A DNA stretch of 64,000 bases, taken from Macrostomum hystrix. Taxonomy: Eukaryota > Animalia > Platyhelminthes. Of this stretch, positions 12,213 to 27,275 are shown piece after piece (position 1 is the stretch's first letter; each line of letters opens with the position of its first letter). The stretch covers positions 13,268,001 through 13,332,000 of the forward strand of contig CATNEN010000001.1 of assembly GCA_950097015.1 (NCBI GenBank), read 5' to 3'. The position numbers were made by a program, and so were the translations under genes. A model generated the notes under the pieces. It ran no database searches. It saw only the letters and a program-made list of their open reading frames with translations, and was not told the origin of the DNA.

Positions 12213-15200
12213 GATCTGAGGTCTGTCTCCATGGGATCTGAGGTGTCTCCATGGGATCTGAGGTGTCTCCATGGGAACTAAGGTCTGTCTCCATGGGATC
12301 TGAGGTCTGTCTCCATGGGATCTGAGGTGTCTCCATGGGATCTGAGGTGTCTCCATGGGAACTGAGGTCTGTCTCCATGGGATCTGAGGTGTCTCCATGG
12401 GATCTGAGGTGTCTCCATGGGATCTGAGGTGTCTCCATGGGATCTGAGGTGTCTCCATGGGATCTGAGGTGTCTCCATGGGATCTGAGGTGTCTCCATGG
12501 GATCTGAGGTGTCTCCATGGGATCTGAGGTGTCTCCATGGGATCTGAGGTGTCTCCATGGGATCTGAGGTGTCTCCATGGGATCTGAGGTGTCTCCATGG
12601 GATCTGAGGTGTCTCCATGGGATCTGAGGTGTCTCCATGGGATCTGAGGTGTCTCCATGGGATCTGAGGTGTCTCCATGGGATCTGAGGTGTCTCCATGG
12701 GAACTGAGGTCTGTCTCCATGGGATCTGAGGTGTCTCCATGGGATCTGAGGTGTCTCCATGGGATCTGAGGTGTCTCCATGGGATCTGAGGTGTCTCCAT
12801 GGGATCTGAGGTGTCTCCATGGGATCTGAGGTGTCTCCATAGGATCTGAGATGTCTCCATAGGATCTGAGGTGTCTGTATGGGATCTGAGGTGTCTGTAT
12901 GGGATCTGAGGTCTGTCTCCATGGGATCTGAGGTGTCTCCATAGGATCTGAGGTGTCTGTATGGGATCTGAGGTGTCTGTATGGGATCTGAGGTGTCTCC
13001 ATGGGATCTGAGGTGTCTCCATAGGATCTGAGGTGTCTCCATAGGATCTGAGGTGTCTGTATGGGATCTGAGGTCTGTCTCCATGGGATCTGAGGTGTCT
13101 CCATGGGATCTGAGGTGTCTCCATGGGATCTGAGGTGTCTCCATGGGATCTGAGGTGTCTCCATGGGATCTGAGGTGTCTCCATGGGATCTGAGGTGTCT
13201 CCATGGGATCTGAGGTGTCTCCATGGGATCTGAGGTGTCTCCATGGGATCTGAGGTGTCTCCATGGGATCTGAGGTGTCTCCATGGGATCTGAGGTGTCT
13301 CCATAGGATCTGAGGTGTCTGTATGGGATCTGAGATGTCTCCATAGGATCTGAGGTGTCTGTATGGGATCTGAGGTCTGTCTCCATGGGATCTGAGGTGT
13401 CTCCATAGGATCTGAGGTGTCTGTATGGGATCTGAGGTGTCTGTATGGGATCTGAGGTGTCTCCATGGGATCTGAGGTGTCTCCATAGGACCTGAGGTGC
13501 CTCCATGCATGGGATCTGAGGTGTCTCCATGGGATCTGAGGTGTCTCCATGGGATCTGAGGTGTCTCCATGGGATCTGAGGTGTCTCCATGGGATCTGAG
13601 GTGTCTCCATGGGATCTGAGGTGTCTCCATGGGATCTGAGGTGTCTCCATGGGATCTGAGGTGTCTCCATGGGATCTGAGGTGTCTCCATGGGATCTGAG
13701 GTGTCTCCATGGGATCTGAGGTGTCTCCATGGGATCTGAGGTGTCTGTATGGGATCTGAGGTGTGTCTCCATGGGATCTGAGGTGTCTCCATAGGATCTG
13801 AGGTGTCTGTATGGGATCTGAGGTGTCTGTATGGGATCTGAGGTGTCTCCATGGGATCTGAGGTGTCTCCATAGGATCTGAGGTGTCTCCATAGGATCTG
13901 AGGTGTCTGTATGGGATCTGAGGTCTGTCTCCATGGGATCTGAGGTGTCTCCATGGGATCTGAGGTCTGTCTCCATGGGATCTGAGGTGTCTCCATGGGA
14001 TCTGAGGTCTGTCTCCATGGGATCTGAGGTGTCTCCATGGGACCTGAGGTGTCTCCATGGGATCTGAGGTGTCTCCATGGGATCTGAGGTGTCTCCATAG
14101 GATCTGAGGTGTCTGTATGGGATCTGAGATGTCTCCATAGGATCTGAGGTGTCTGTATGGGATCTGAGGTCTGTCTCCATGGGATCTGAGGTGTCTCCAT
14201 GGGAACTGAGGTCTGTCTCCATGGGATCTGAGGTGTCTCCATGGGATCTGAGGTGTCTCCATGGGATCTGAGGTGTCTCCATGGGATCTGAGGTGTCTCC
14301 ATGGGATCTGAGGTGTCTCCATGGGATCTGAGATGTCTCCATAGGATCTGAGGTGTCTTTATGGGATCTGAGGTGTCTGTATGGGATCTGAGGTCTGTCT
14401 CCATGGGATCTGAGGTGTCTCCATAGGATCTGAGGTGTCTGTATGGGATCTGAGGTGTCTGTATGGGATCTGAGGTCTGTCTCCATGGGATCTGAGGTGT
14501 CTCCATGGGATCTGAGGTGTCTCCATGGGATCTGAGGTGTCTCCATGGGATCTGAGGTGTCTCAATGGGATCTGAGGTGTCTCCATGGGATCGGAGGTGC
14601 CTCCATGGGACCTGAGGTGCCTCCATGCATGGGATCTGAGGTGTCTCCATGGGACCTGAGGTGCCTCCATGCATGGGATCTGAGGTGTCTCCATGGGATC
14701 TGAGGTGTCTCCATGGGATCTGAGGTGTCTCCATGGGATCTGAGGTGTCTCCATGGGATCTGAGGTGTCTCCATGGGATCTGAGGTGTCTCCATGGGATC
14801 TGAGGTGTCTCCATGGGATCTGAGGTGTCTCCATGGGATCTGAGGTGTCTCCATGGGATCTGAGGTGTCTCCATGGGAACTGAGGTCTGTCTCCATGGGA
14901 TCTGAGGTGTCTGTATGGGATCTGAGGTGTCTCCATGGGATCTGAGGTGTCTGTATGGGATCTGAGGTGTGTCTCCATGGGATCTGAGGTGTCTGTATGG
15001 GATCTGAGGTGTGTCTCCATGGGATCTGAGGTGTCTCCATGGGATCTGAGATGTCTCCATGGGATCTGAGGTGTCTCCATGGGATCTGAGGTGTCTCCAT
15101 GGGATCTGAGGTGTCTCCATGGGATCTGAGGTGTCTCCATGGGATCTGAGGTGTCTCCATGGGAACTGAGGTCTGTCTCCATGGGATCTGAGGTGTCTCC

Positions 15201-18200
15201 ATGGGATCTGAGGTGTCTCCATGGGATCTGAGGTGTCTCCATGGGATCTGAGGTGTCTCCATGGGATCTGAGGTGTCTCCATGGGATCTGAGGTGTCTCC
15301 ATGGGAACTGAGGTCTGTCTCCATGGGATCTGAGGTGTCTCCATGGGATCTGAGGTGTCTCCATGGGATCTGAGGTGTCTCCATGGGATCTGAGGTGTCT
15401 CCATGGGAACTAAGGTCTGTCTCCATGGGATCTGAGGTCTGTCTCCATGGGATCTGAGGTGTCTCCATGGGATCTGAGGTGTCTCCATGGGAACTGAGGT
15501 CTGTCTCCATGGGATCTTAGGTGTCTCCATGGGATCTGAGGTGTCTCCATGGGATCTGAGGTGTCTCCATGGGATCTGAGGTGTCTCCATGGGATCTGAG
15601 GTGTCTCCATGGGATCTGAGGTGTCTCCATGGGATCTGAGGTGTCTCCATGGGATCTGAGGTGTCTCCATGGGATCTGAGGTGTCTCCATGGGATCTGAG
15701 GTGTCTCCATGGGATCTGAGGTGTCTCCATGGGATCTGAGGTGTCTCCATGGGATCTGAGGTGTCTCCATGGGATCTGAGGTGTCTCCATGGGATCTGAG
15801 GTGTCTCCATGGGATCTGAGGTGTCTCCATGGGATCTGAGGTGTCTCCATGGGATCTGAGGTGTCTCCATGGGATCTGAGGTGTCTCCATGGGATCTGAG
15901 GTGTCTCCATGGGATCTGAGGTGTCTCCATGGGATCTGAGGTGTCTCCATAGGATCTGAGGTGTCTGTATGGGATCTGAGATGTCTCCATAGGATCTGAG
16001 GTGTCTGTATGGGATCTGAGGTCTGTCTCCATGGGATCTGAGGTGTCTCCATAGGATCTGAGGTGTCTGTATGGGATCTGAGGTGTCTGTATGGGATCTG
16101 AGGTGTCTCCATGGGATCTGAGGTGTCTCCATAGGACCTGAGGTGCCTCCATGCATGGGATCTGAGGTGTCTCCATGGGATCTGAGGTGTCTCCATGGGA
16201 TCTGAGGTGTCTCCATGGGATCTGAGGTGTCTCCATGGGATCTGAGGTGTCTCCATGGGATCTGAGGTGTCTCCATGGGATCTGAGGTGTCTCCATGGGA
16301 TCTGAGGTGTCTCCATGGGATCTGAGGTGTCTCCATGGGATCTGAGGTGTCTCCATGGGATCTGAGGTGTCTCCATGGGATCTGAGGTGTCTCCATGGGA
16401 TCTGAGGTGTCTGTATGGGATCTGAGGTGTGTCTCCATGGGATCTGAGGTGTCTCCATAGGATCTGAGGTGTCTGTATGGGATCTGAGGTGTCTGTATGG
16501 GATCTGAGGTGTCTCCATGGGATCTGAGGTGTCTCCATAGGATCTGAGGTGTCTCCATAGGATCTGAGGTGTCTGTATGGGATCTGAGGTGTCTCCATGG
16601 GATCTGAGGTGTCTCCATGGGATCTGAGGTGTCTCCATGGGATCTGAGGTGTCTCCATGGGATCTGAGGTGTCTCCATAGGATCTGAGATGTCTCCATAG
16701 GATCTGAGGTGTCTGTATGGGATCTGAGGTGTCTGTATGGGATCTGAGGTCTGTCTCCATGGGATCTGAGGTGTCTCCATAGGATCTGAGGTGTCTGTAT
16801 GGGATCTGAGGTGTCTGTATGGGATCTGAGGTGTCTCCATGGGATCTGAGGTGTCTCCATAGGATCTGAGGTGTCTCCATAGGATCTGAGGTGTCTGTAT
16901 GGGATCTGAGGTCTGTCTCCATGGGATCTGAGGTGTCTCCATGGGATCTGAGGTGTCTCCATGGGATCTGAGGTGTCTCCATGGGATCTGAGGTGTCTCC
17001 ATGGGATCTGAGGTGTCTCCATGGGATCTGAGGTGTCTCCATGGGATCTGAGGTGTCTCCATGGGATCTGAGGTGTCTCCATGGGATCTGAGGTGTCTCC
17101 ATGGGATCTGAGGTGTCTCCATGGGATCTGAGGTGTCTCCATAGGATCTGAGGTGTCTGTATGGGATCTGAGATGTCTCCATAGGATCTGAGGTGTCTGT
17201 ATGGGATCTGAGGTCTGTCTCCATGGGATCTGAGGTGTCTCCATAGGATCTGAGGTGTCTGTATGGGATCTGAGGTGTCTGTATGGGATCTGAGGTGTCT
17301 CCATGGGATCTGAGGTGTCTCCATAGGACCTGAGGTGCCTCCATGCATGGGATCTGAGGTGTCTCCATGGGATCTGAGGTGTCTCCATGGGATCTGAGGT
17401 GTCTCCATGGGATCTGAGGTGTCTCCATGGGATCTGAGGTGTCTCCATGGGATCTGAGGTGTCTGTATGGGATCTGAGGTGTGTCTCCATGGGATCTGAG
17501 GTGTCTCCATAGGATCTGAGGTGTCTGTATGGGATCTGAGGTGTCTGTATGGGATCTGAGGTGTCTCCATGGGATCTGAGGTGTCTCCATAGGATCTGAG
17601 GTGTCTCCATAGGATCTGAGGTGTCTGTATGGGATCTGAGGTCTGTCTCCATGGGATCTGAGGTGTCTCCATGGGATCTGAGGTCTGTCTCCATGGGATC
17701 TGAGGTGTCTCCATGGGATCTGAGGTCTGTCTCCATGGGATCTGAGGTGTCTCCATGGGACCTGAGGTGTCTGTATGGGATCTGAGGTGTCTCCATGGGA
17801 TCTGAGGTGTCTCCATAGGATCTGAGGTGTCTGTATGGGATCTGAGATGTCTCCATAGGATCTGAGGTGTCTGTATGGGATCTGAGGTCTGTCTCCATGG
17901 GATCTGAGGTGTCTCCATGGGATCTGAGGTGTCTCCATGGGATCTGAGGTGTCTCCATGGGATCTGAGGTGTCTCCATGGGATCTGAGGTGTCTCCATGG
18001 GATCTGAGGTGTCTCCATGGGATCTGAGGTGTCTCCATGGGATCTGAGATGTCTCCATAGGATCTGAGGTGTCTTTATGGGATCTGAGGTGTCTGTATGG
18101 GATCTGAGGTCTGTCTCCATGGGATCTGAGGTGTCTCCATAGGATCTGAGGTGTCTGTATGGGATCTGAGGTGTCTGTATGGGATCTGAGGTCTGTCTCC

Positions 18201-21200
18201 ATGGGATCTGAGGTGTCTCCATGGGATCTGAGGTGTCTCCATGGGATCTGAGGTGTCTCCATGGGATCTGAGGTGTCTCCATGGGATCTGAGGTGTCTCC
18301 ATGGGATCGGAGGTGTCTCCATGGGATCTGAGGTGTGTCTCCATGGGATCTGAGGTGTCTGTATGGGATCTGAGGTGTCTCCATGGGATCTGAGGTGTCT
18401 GTATGGGATCTGAGGTGTGTCTCCATGGGATCTGAGGTGTCTGTATGGGATCTGAGGTGTGTCTCCATGGGATCTGAGGTGTCTCCATGGGATCTGAGAT
18501 GTCTCCATGGGATCTGAGGTGTCTCCATGGGATCTGAGGTGTCTCCATGGGATCTGAGGTGTCTCCATGGGATCTGAGGTGTCTCCATGGGATCTGAGGT
18601 GTCTCCATGGGAACTGAGGTCTGTCTCCATGGGATCTGAGGTGTCTCCATGGGATCTGAGGTGTCTCCATGGGATCTGAGGTGTCTCCATGGGATCTGAG
18701 GTGTCTCCATGGGATCTGAGGTGTCTCCATGGGATCTGAGGTGTCTCCATGGGAACTGAGGTCTGTCTCCATGGGATCTGAGGTGTCTCCATGGGATCTG
18801 AGGTGTCTCCATGGGATCTGAGGTGTCTCCATGGGATCTGAGGTGTCTCCATGGGAACTAAGGTCTGTCTCCATGGGATCTGAGGTGTCTCCATGGGATC
18901 TGAGGTGTCTCCATGGGATCTGAGGTGTCTCCATGGGATCTGAGGTGTCTCCATGGGATCTGAGGTGTCTCCATGGGATCTGAGGTGTCTCCATGGGAAC
19001 TGAGGTCTGTCTCCATGGGATCTGAGGTGTCTCCATGGGATCTGAGGTGTCTCCATGGGATCTGAGGTGTCTCCATGGGATCTGAGGTGTCTCCATGGGA
19101 TCTGAGGTGTCTCCATGGGATCTGAGGTGTCTCCATGGGATCTGAGGTGTCTCCATGGGATCTGAGGTGTCTCCATGGGATCTGAGGTGTCTCCATGGGA
19201 TCTGAGGTGTCTCCATGGGATCTGAGGTGTCTCCATGGGATCTGAGGTGTCTCCATGGGATCTGAGGTGTCTCCATGGGAACTGAGGTCTGTCTCCATGG
19301 GATCTGAGGTGTCTCCATGGGATCTGAGGTGTCTCCATGGGATCTGAGGTGTCTCCATGGGATCTGAGGTGTCTCCATGGGATCTGAGGTGTCTCCATGG
19401 GATCTGAGGTGTCTCCATGGGATCTGAGGTGTCTCCATAGGATCTGAGATGTCTCCATAGGATCTGAGGTGTCTGTATGGGATCTGAGGTGTCTGTATGG
19501 GATCTGAGGTCTGTCTCCATGGGATCTGAGGTGTCTCCATAGGATCTGAGGTGTCTGTATGGGATCTGAGGTGTCTGTATGGGATCTGAGGTGTCTCCAT
19601 GGGATCTGAGGTGTCTCCATAGGATCTGAGGTGTCTCCATAGGATCTGAGGTGTCTGTATGGGATCTGAGGTCTGTCTCCATGGAATCTGAGGTGTCTCC
19701 ATGGGATCTGAGGTGTCTCCATGGGATCTGAGGTGTCTCCATGGGATCTGAGGTGTCTCCATGGGATCTGAGGTGTCTCCATGGGATCTGAGGTGTCTCC
19801 ATGGGATCTGAGGTGTCTCCATGGGACCTGAGGTGTCTGTATGGGATCTGAGGTGTCTCCATGGGATCTGAGGTGTCTCCATAGGATCTGAGGTGTCTGT
19901 ATGGGATCTGAGATGTCTCCATAGGATCTGAGGTGTCTGTATGGGATCTGAGGTCTGTCTCCATGGGATCTGAGGTGTCTCCATGGGATCTGAGGTGTCT
20001 CCATGGGATCTGAGGTGTCTCCATGGGATCTGAGGTGTCTCCATGGGATCTGAGGTGTCTCCATGGGATCTGAGGTGTCTCCATGGGATCTGAGGTGTCT
20101 CCATGGGATCTGAGATGTCTCCATAGGATCTGAGGTGTCTTTATGGGATCTGAGGTGTCTGTATGGGATCTGAGGTCTGTCTCCATGGGATCTGAGGTGT
20201 CTCCATAGGATCTGAGGTGTCTGTATGGGATCTGAGGTGTCTGTATGGGATCTGAGGTCTGTCTCCATGGGATCTGAGGTGTCTCCATGGGATCTGAGGT
20301 GTCTCCATGGGATCTGAGGTGTCTCCATGGGATCTGAGGTGTCTCCATGGGATCTGAGGTGTCTCCATGGGATCGGAGGTGTCTCCATGGGATCTGAGGT
20401 GTGTCTCCATGGGATCTGAGGTGTCTGTATGGGATCTGAGGTGTCTCCATGGGATCTGAGGTGTCTGTATGGGATCTGAGGTGTGTCTCCATGGGATCTG
20501 AGGTGTCTGTATGGGATCTGAGGTGTGTCTCCATGGGATCTGAGGTGTCTCCATGGGATCTGAGATGTCTCCATGGGATCTGAGGTGTCTCCATGGGATC
20601 TGAGGTGTCTCCATGGGATCTGAGGTGTCTCCATGGGATCTGAGGTGTCTCCATGGGATCTGAGGTGTCTCCATGGGAACTGAGGTCTGTCTCCATGGGA
20701 TCTGAGGTGTCTCCATGGGATCTGAGGTGTCTCCATGGGATCTGAGGTGTCTCCATGGGATCTGAGGTGTCTCCATGGGATCTGAGGTGTCTCCATGGGA
20801 TCTGAGGTGTCTCCATGGGAACTGAGGTCTGTCTCCATGGGATCTGAGGTGTCTCCATGGGATCTGAGGTGTCTCCATGGGATCTGAGGTGTCTCCATGG
20901 GATCTGAGGTGTCTCCATGGGAACTAAGGTCTGTCTCCATGGGATCTGAGGTGTCTCCATGGGATCTGAGGTGTCTCCATGGGATCTGAGGTGTCTCCAT
21001 GGGATCTGAGGTGTCTCCATGGGATCTGAGGTGTCTCCATGGGATCTGAGGTGTCTCCATGGGAACTGAGGTCTGTCTCCATGGGATCTGAGGTGTCTCC
21101 ATGGGATCTGAGGTGTCTCCATGGGATCTGAGGTGTCTCCATGGGATCTGAGGTGTCTCCATGGGATCTGAGGTGTCTCCATGGGATCTGAGGTGTCTCC

Positions 21201-22830
21201 ATGGGATCTGAGGTGTCTCCATGGGATCTGAGGTGTCTCCATGGGATCTGAGGTGTCTCCATGGGATCTGAGGTGTCTCCATGGGATCTGAGGTGTCTCC
21301 ATGGGATCTGAGGTGTCTCCATGGGATCTGAGGTGTCTCCATGGGAACTGAGGTCTGTCTCCATGGGATCTGAGGTGTCTCCATGGGATCTGAGGTGTCT
21401 CCATGGGATCTGAGGTGTCTCCATGGGATCTGAGGTGTCTCCATGGGATCTGAGGTGTCTCCATGGGATCTGAGGTGTCTCCATGGGATCTGAGGTGTCT
21501 CCATAGGATCTGAGATGTCTCCATAGGATCTGAGGTGTCTGTATGGGATCTGAGGTGTCTGTATGGGATCTGAGGTGTCTCCATGGGATCTGAGGTGTCT
21601 CCATGGGATCTGAGGTGTCTCCATAGGATCTGAGGTGTCTGTATGGGATCTGAGATGTCTCCATAGGATCTGAGGTGTCTCCATAGGATCTGAGGTGTCT
21701 CCATAGGATCTGAGGTGTCTCCATGGGAACTGAGGTCTGTCTCCATGGGATCTGAGGTGTCTCCATGGGATCTGAGGTGTCTCCATGGGATCTGAGGTGT
21801 CTCCATGGGATCTGAGGTGTCTCCATGGGATCTGAGGTGTCTGTATGGGATCTGAGATGTCTCCATAGGATCTGAGGTGTCTTTATGGGATCTGAGGTGT
21901 CTCCATGGGATCTGAGGTGTCTCCATGGGATCTGAGGTGTCTCCATGGGATCTGAGGTGTCTCCATGGGATCTGAGGTGTCTGTATGGGATCTGAGGTCT
22001 GTCTCCATGGGATCTGAGGTGTCTCCATGGGATCTGAGGTGTCTCCATGGGATCTGAGGTGTCTCCATGGGATCTGAGGTGTCTCCATGGGATCTGAGGT
22101 GTCTCCATGGGATCGGAGGTGCCTCCATGGGACCTGAGGTGCCTCCATGCATGGGATCTGAGGTGTCTCCATGGGATCTGAGGTGTCTCCATGGGATCTG
22201 AGGTGTCTCCATGGGATCTGAGGTGTCTCCATGGGATCTGAGGTGTCTCCATGGGATCTGAGGTGTCTCCATGGGATCTGAGGTGTCTCCATGGGATCTG
22301 AGGTGTCTCCATGGGATCTGAGGTGTCTCCATGGGATCTGAGGTGTCTCCATGGGATCTGAGGTGTGTCTCCATGGGATCTGAGGTGTCTGTATGGGATC
22401 TGAGGTGTCTCCATGGGATCTGAGGTGTCTGTATGGGATCTGAGGTGTGTCTCCATGGGATCTGAGGTGTCTGTATGGGATCTGAGGTGTGTCTCCATGG
22501 GATCTGAGGTGTCTCCATGGGATCTGAGGTGTCTCCATGGGATCTTAGGTGTCTCCATGGGATCTGAGGTGTCTCCATGGGATCTGAGGTGTCTCCATGG
22601 GATCTGAGGTGTCTCCATGGGATCTGAGGTCTGTCTCCATGGGATCTGAGGTGTCTCCATGGGATCTGAGGTGTCTCCATGGGATCTTAGGTGTCTCCAT
22701 GGGATCTGAGGTGTCTCCATGGGATCTGAGGTGTCTCCATGGGATCTGAGGTGTCTCCATGGGACCTGAGGTGTCTCCATGGGATCTGAGGTGTCTCCAT
22801 GAGGGATCTAAGGCAGTCTGAATCAGAAAA
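12213..22830. repeat. 10.6-kb satellite, 20-bp unit GGGATCTGAGGTGTCTCCAT with 22/24-bp variants
   Basis: About 520 units. Identical translated blocks at 18075-18812 and 20141-20878 indicate a 2066-bp higher-order duplication. Confidence 0.99.
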
Positions 22831-24340
22831 TGGGATCTGGGAACGGGATATGGGATCTGAGGACTGACTGTGGGATCTGGTGGCTCCTATGAAATCAAGG
22901 TCGATTCAAAACTGGTTCTAGCTGTTTTTATACAAATCGGTGTAAGTCCAAGCGTCGTATTTTAATAGGTCAAGACTATAAGTTAGTGGAGTATTTTAGG
23001 AGGAAGTTAAGATGTGTCACTATAAAAAAGCAGTATTCAGTAATATACCCGATGGGCACACGAGTGAAATAATTTCATCAAGTCGATAAAAACCTAAGGA
23101 AGTTTAATTTTAATCTCGCGCTTAGAGACAGATGCAGATGGACTAGAGGAGTGGAGTTGCAGGGCTGGAGGGTCGCCGCCGCGGTTGACACGACAGCCAA
23201 GCAGGACGTCAACTTGATGGCGCAAATACACTTAATCCGGCAATCCCCTACTATGCCCTTTAATAACTGTCTTACACAGCGATGCATATAAGCTGGTGCC
23301 AATAAAACTTACCTCTAAAAGCCTGATATTATGACGCTATAAAAAACTAAAAGCTAAAATCAGCCAGGCTCTACGGGTTTTTAAGGCCTTTTGTAATGCG
23401 CGCGCGCTCTGCTTGTGCCTAGGTTTAATGAGTAGAATATTGCCGAATTTATGGGAGACTGGGGCTCCCAGCGAGAACATTATATATATATAAAAGAGCT
23501 TTAAATCCTTGCTGATCGCGCGGGTCTGGCCCAGTCCAACAGGCCCCACGCGGCCCGGGCCGGCGGAGGGGGGTTGGCCGACCAGGGCGGGGGAGGGTAA
23601 GAAAGCCTAACCCCAAACCCTGCCCGAAGGCGCGTTGAAAATCCAGTCTGAGGGACCGCGCGGCGGTGGCCGGTGGAGGAGGAGGGGTGGGTACGGGGTA
23701 AGAGAAAGTGGCAGCGCAGGTCAAGCCTATTGGTCCGCTGGGGAGAGCACCTCCCCCAGCTCTATCGGACTAAAATGCCAGATTTGGATTCTGAAATTTA
23801 TTGTTTAATCTTTCTAAAAATCCAACTGGCCTTATCAGCGTACAGGAATTTGTTTAATTTCTGTTTTCGTTTTCTTTTAGAAAGCATGATAGGTGTCAAA
23901 TACACCTACCAACCAAAATACCTACGACTTGCTACAGAATGGGAAGAGAAGAGAGAAGCTGCTCACTGTGTGCAGCCTCATCAATCTCATTCTCTTGCTT
24001 TCTTTTACTCTCTAAAGTGTTGTAAAATCGTGTCAGCAACACAGACTGCTTCAGGCACACAATGAGAGCAATATAGACTCAACTGGCGACAGTATTCTTG
24101 TCGCCAAACTATTTTGTCGCCCTGTTCTCGCCTTGTTCTCGCCGTAGCAAAGAGTCAGGGGCGGGGATTGTAAAACTCGGCTCTGAGTCACTGGGGCGTC
24201 GGTGGCGGCGACGGCGCTAATTACAGTCACACACAATAATCGGGAATAAATAAGTGTTTATTCCCAGACAAAAGTATTGTTGTGACAAATTTCTCACCGC
24301 AGGGATAACAAACAAAATAACAACTACGCCAACTACCAGT

Positions 24341-27275
24341 CCGCTCCCTAATCCCACCCTCTCGTTGCCACACACCCCATCCGCTTTCTAATGCCACCCT
24401 CTCATTCCCACACACCCCATCCGCTCTCTAATGCCACCCTCTCATTCCCACACACCCCATCCGCTTTCTAATGCCACCCTATCATTCCCACAAACCCCAT
24501 CCGCTCCCTAATCCCACCCTCTCGTTGCCACACACCCCATCCGCTTTCTAATGCCACCCTCTCATTCCCACACACCCCATCCGCTCTCTAATGCCACCCT
24601 CTCATTCCCACACACCCCATCCGCTTTCTAATGCCACCCTATCATTCCCACAAACCCCATCCGCTCCCTAATCCCACCCTCTCGTTGCCACACACCCCAT
24701 CCGCTTTCTAATGCCACCCTCTCATTCCCACACACCCCATCCGCTTTCTAATGCCACCCTCTCATTCCCACACACCCCATCCGCTTTCTAATGCCACCCT
24801 CTCATTCCCACACACCCCATCCGCTCCCTAATGCCACCCTCTCATTCCCACACACCCCATCCGCTCCCTAATGCCACCCTCTCATTCCCACACACCCCAT
24901 CCGCTCTCTAACGCCACCCTCTCATTCCCACACACCCCATCCGCTCTCTAACGCCACCCTCTCATTCCCACACACCCCATCCGCTCTCTAACGCCACCCT
25001 CTCATTCCCACACACCCCATCCGCTCCCTAATGCCACCCTCTCATTCCCACACACCCCATCCGCTTTCTAATGCCACCCTCTCATTCCCACACACCCCAT
25101 CCGCTTTCTAATGCCACCCTCTCATTCCCACACACCCCATCCGCTCCCTAATGCCACCCTCTCATTCCCACACACCCCATCCGCTCCCTAATGCCACCCT
25201 CTCATTCCCACACACCCCATCCGCTCTCTAACGCCACCCTCTCATTCCCACACACCCCATCCGCTCTCTAACGCCACCCTCTCATTCCCACACACCCCAT
25301 CCGCTCTCTAACGCCACCCTCTCATTCCCACACACCCCATCCGCTCCCTAATGCCACCCTCTCATTCCCACACACCCCATCCGCTTTCTAATGCCACCCT
25401 CTCATTCCCACACTCCATCCGCTTTCTAATGCCACCCTCTCATTCCCACACACCCCATCCGCTCTCTAATGCCACCCTCTCATTCCCACACACCCCATCC
25501 GCTCTCTAACGCCACCCTCTCATTCCCACACACCCCATCCGCTTTCTAATGCCACCCTCTCATTCCCACACACCCCATCCGCTTTCTAATCCCACCCTCT
25601 CATTCCCACACACCCCATCCGCTCTCTAACGCCACCCTCTCATTCCCACACACCCCATCCGCTCCCTAATGCCACCCTCTAATTCCCACACACCCCATCC
25701 GCTTTCTAATGCCACCCTCTCATTCCCACACACCCCATCCGCTCTCTAACGCCACCCTCTCATTCCCACACACCCCATCCGCTCTCTAACGCCACCCTCT
25801 CATTCCCACACACCCCATCCGCTTTCTAACGCCACCCTCTCATTCCCACACACCCCATCCGCTTTCTAACGCCACCCTCTCATTCCCACACACCCCATCC
25901 GCTCTCTAACGCCACCCTCTCATTCCCACACACCCCATCCGCTCTCTAATGCCACCCTCTCATTCCCACACACCCCATCCGCTCCCTAATGCCACCCTCT
26001 CATTCCCACACACCCCATCCGCTCTCTAACGCCACCCTCTCATTCCCACACACCCCATCCGCTCTCTAACGCCACCCTCTCATTCCCACACACCCCATCC
26101 GCTCTCTAACGCCACCCTCTCATTCCCACACACCCCATCCGCTCCCTAATGCCACCCTCTCATTCCCACACACCCCATCCGCTCTCTAACGCCACCCTCT
26201 CATTCCCACACACCCCATCCGCTTTCTAATGCCACCCTCTCATTCCCACACACCCCATCCGCTCTCTAACGCCACCCTCTCATTCCCACACACCCCATCC
26301 GCTCTCTAACGCCACCCTCTCATTCCCACACACCCCATCCGCTCTCTAACGCCACCCTCTCATTCCCACACACCCCATCCGCTTTCTAATGCCACCCTCT
26401 CATTCCCACACACCCCATCCGCTTTCTAATGCCACCCTCTCATTCCCACACACCCCATCCGCTCTCTAACGCCACCCTCTCATTCCCACACACCCCATCC
26501 GCTCTCTAACGCCACCCTCTCATTCCCACACACCCCATCCGCTTTCTAACGCCACCCTCTCATTCCCACACACCCCATCCGCTCTCTAACGCCACCCTCT
26601 CATTCCCACACACCCCATCCGCTCTCTAACGCCACCCTCTCATTCCCACACACCCCATCCGCTCTCTAACGCCACCCTCTCATTCCCACAAACCCCATCC
26701 GCTCTCTAACGCCACCCTCTCATTCCCACACACCCCATCCGCTCTCTAATGCCACCCTCTCATTCCCACACACCCCATCCGCTCTCTAACGCCACCCTCT
26801 CATTCCCACACACCCCATCCGCTTTCTAATGCCACCCTCTCATTCCCACACACCCCATCCGCTTTCTAATGCCACCCTCTCATTCCCACACACCCCATCC
26901 GCTCTCTAATGCCACCCTCTCATTCCCACACACCCCATCCGCTCCCTAATCCCACCCTCTCATTCCCACACACCACATCCGCTCCCTAATCCCACCCTCT
27001 CATTCCCACACACCCCATCCGCTTTCTAATGCCACCCTCTCATTCCCACACACCCCATCCGCTCCCTAATCCCACCCTCTCATTCCCACACACCCCATCC
27101 GCTCCCTAATCCCACCCTCTCATTCCCACACACCCCATCCGCTCCCTAATGCCACCCTCTCATTCCCACACACCCCATCCGCTCCCTAATCCCACCCTCT
27201 CATTCCCACACACCCCATCCGCTCCCTAATGCCACCCTCTCATTCCCCCACACCCGATACGCTCCATAATCCCAC
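24341..27275. repeat. 40-bp minisatellite CCGCTCTCTAATGCCACCCTCTCATTCCCACACACCCCAT
   Basis: About 73 units with strong C/G strand skew. Confidence 0.98.

Noticed and set aside
12117-22780. Giant ORFs of up to 2089 aa (METPQIPWRHLRSHGDTSDP)n
   Set aside because: They are translations of a 20-bp satellite that lacks stops in all three minus frames; there is no unique sequence or gene structure.
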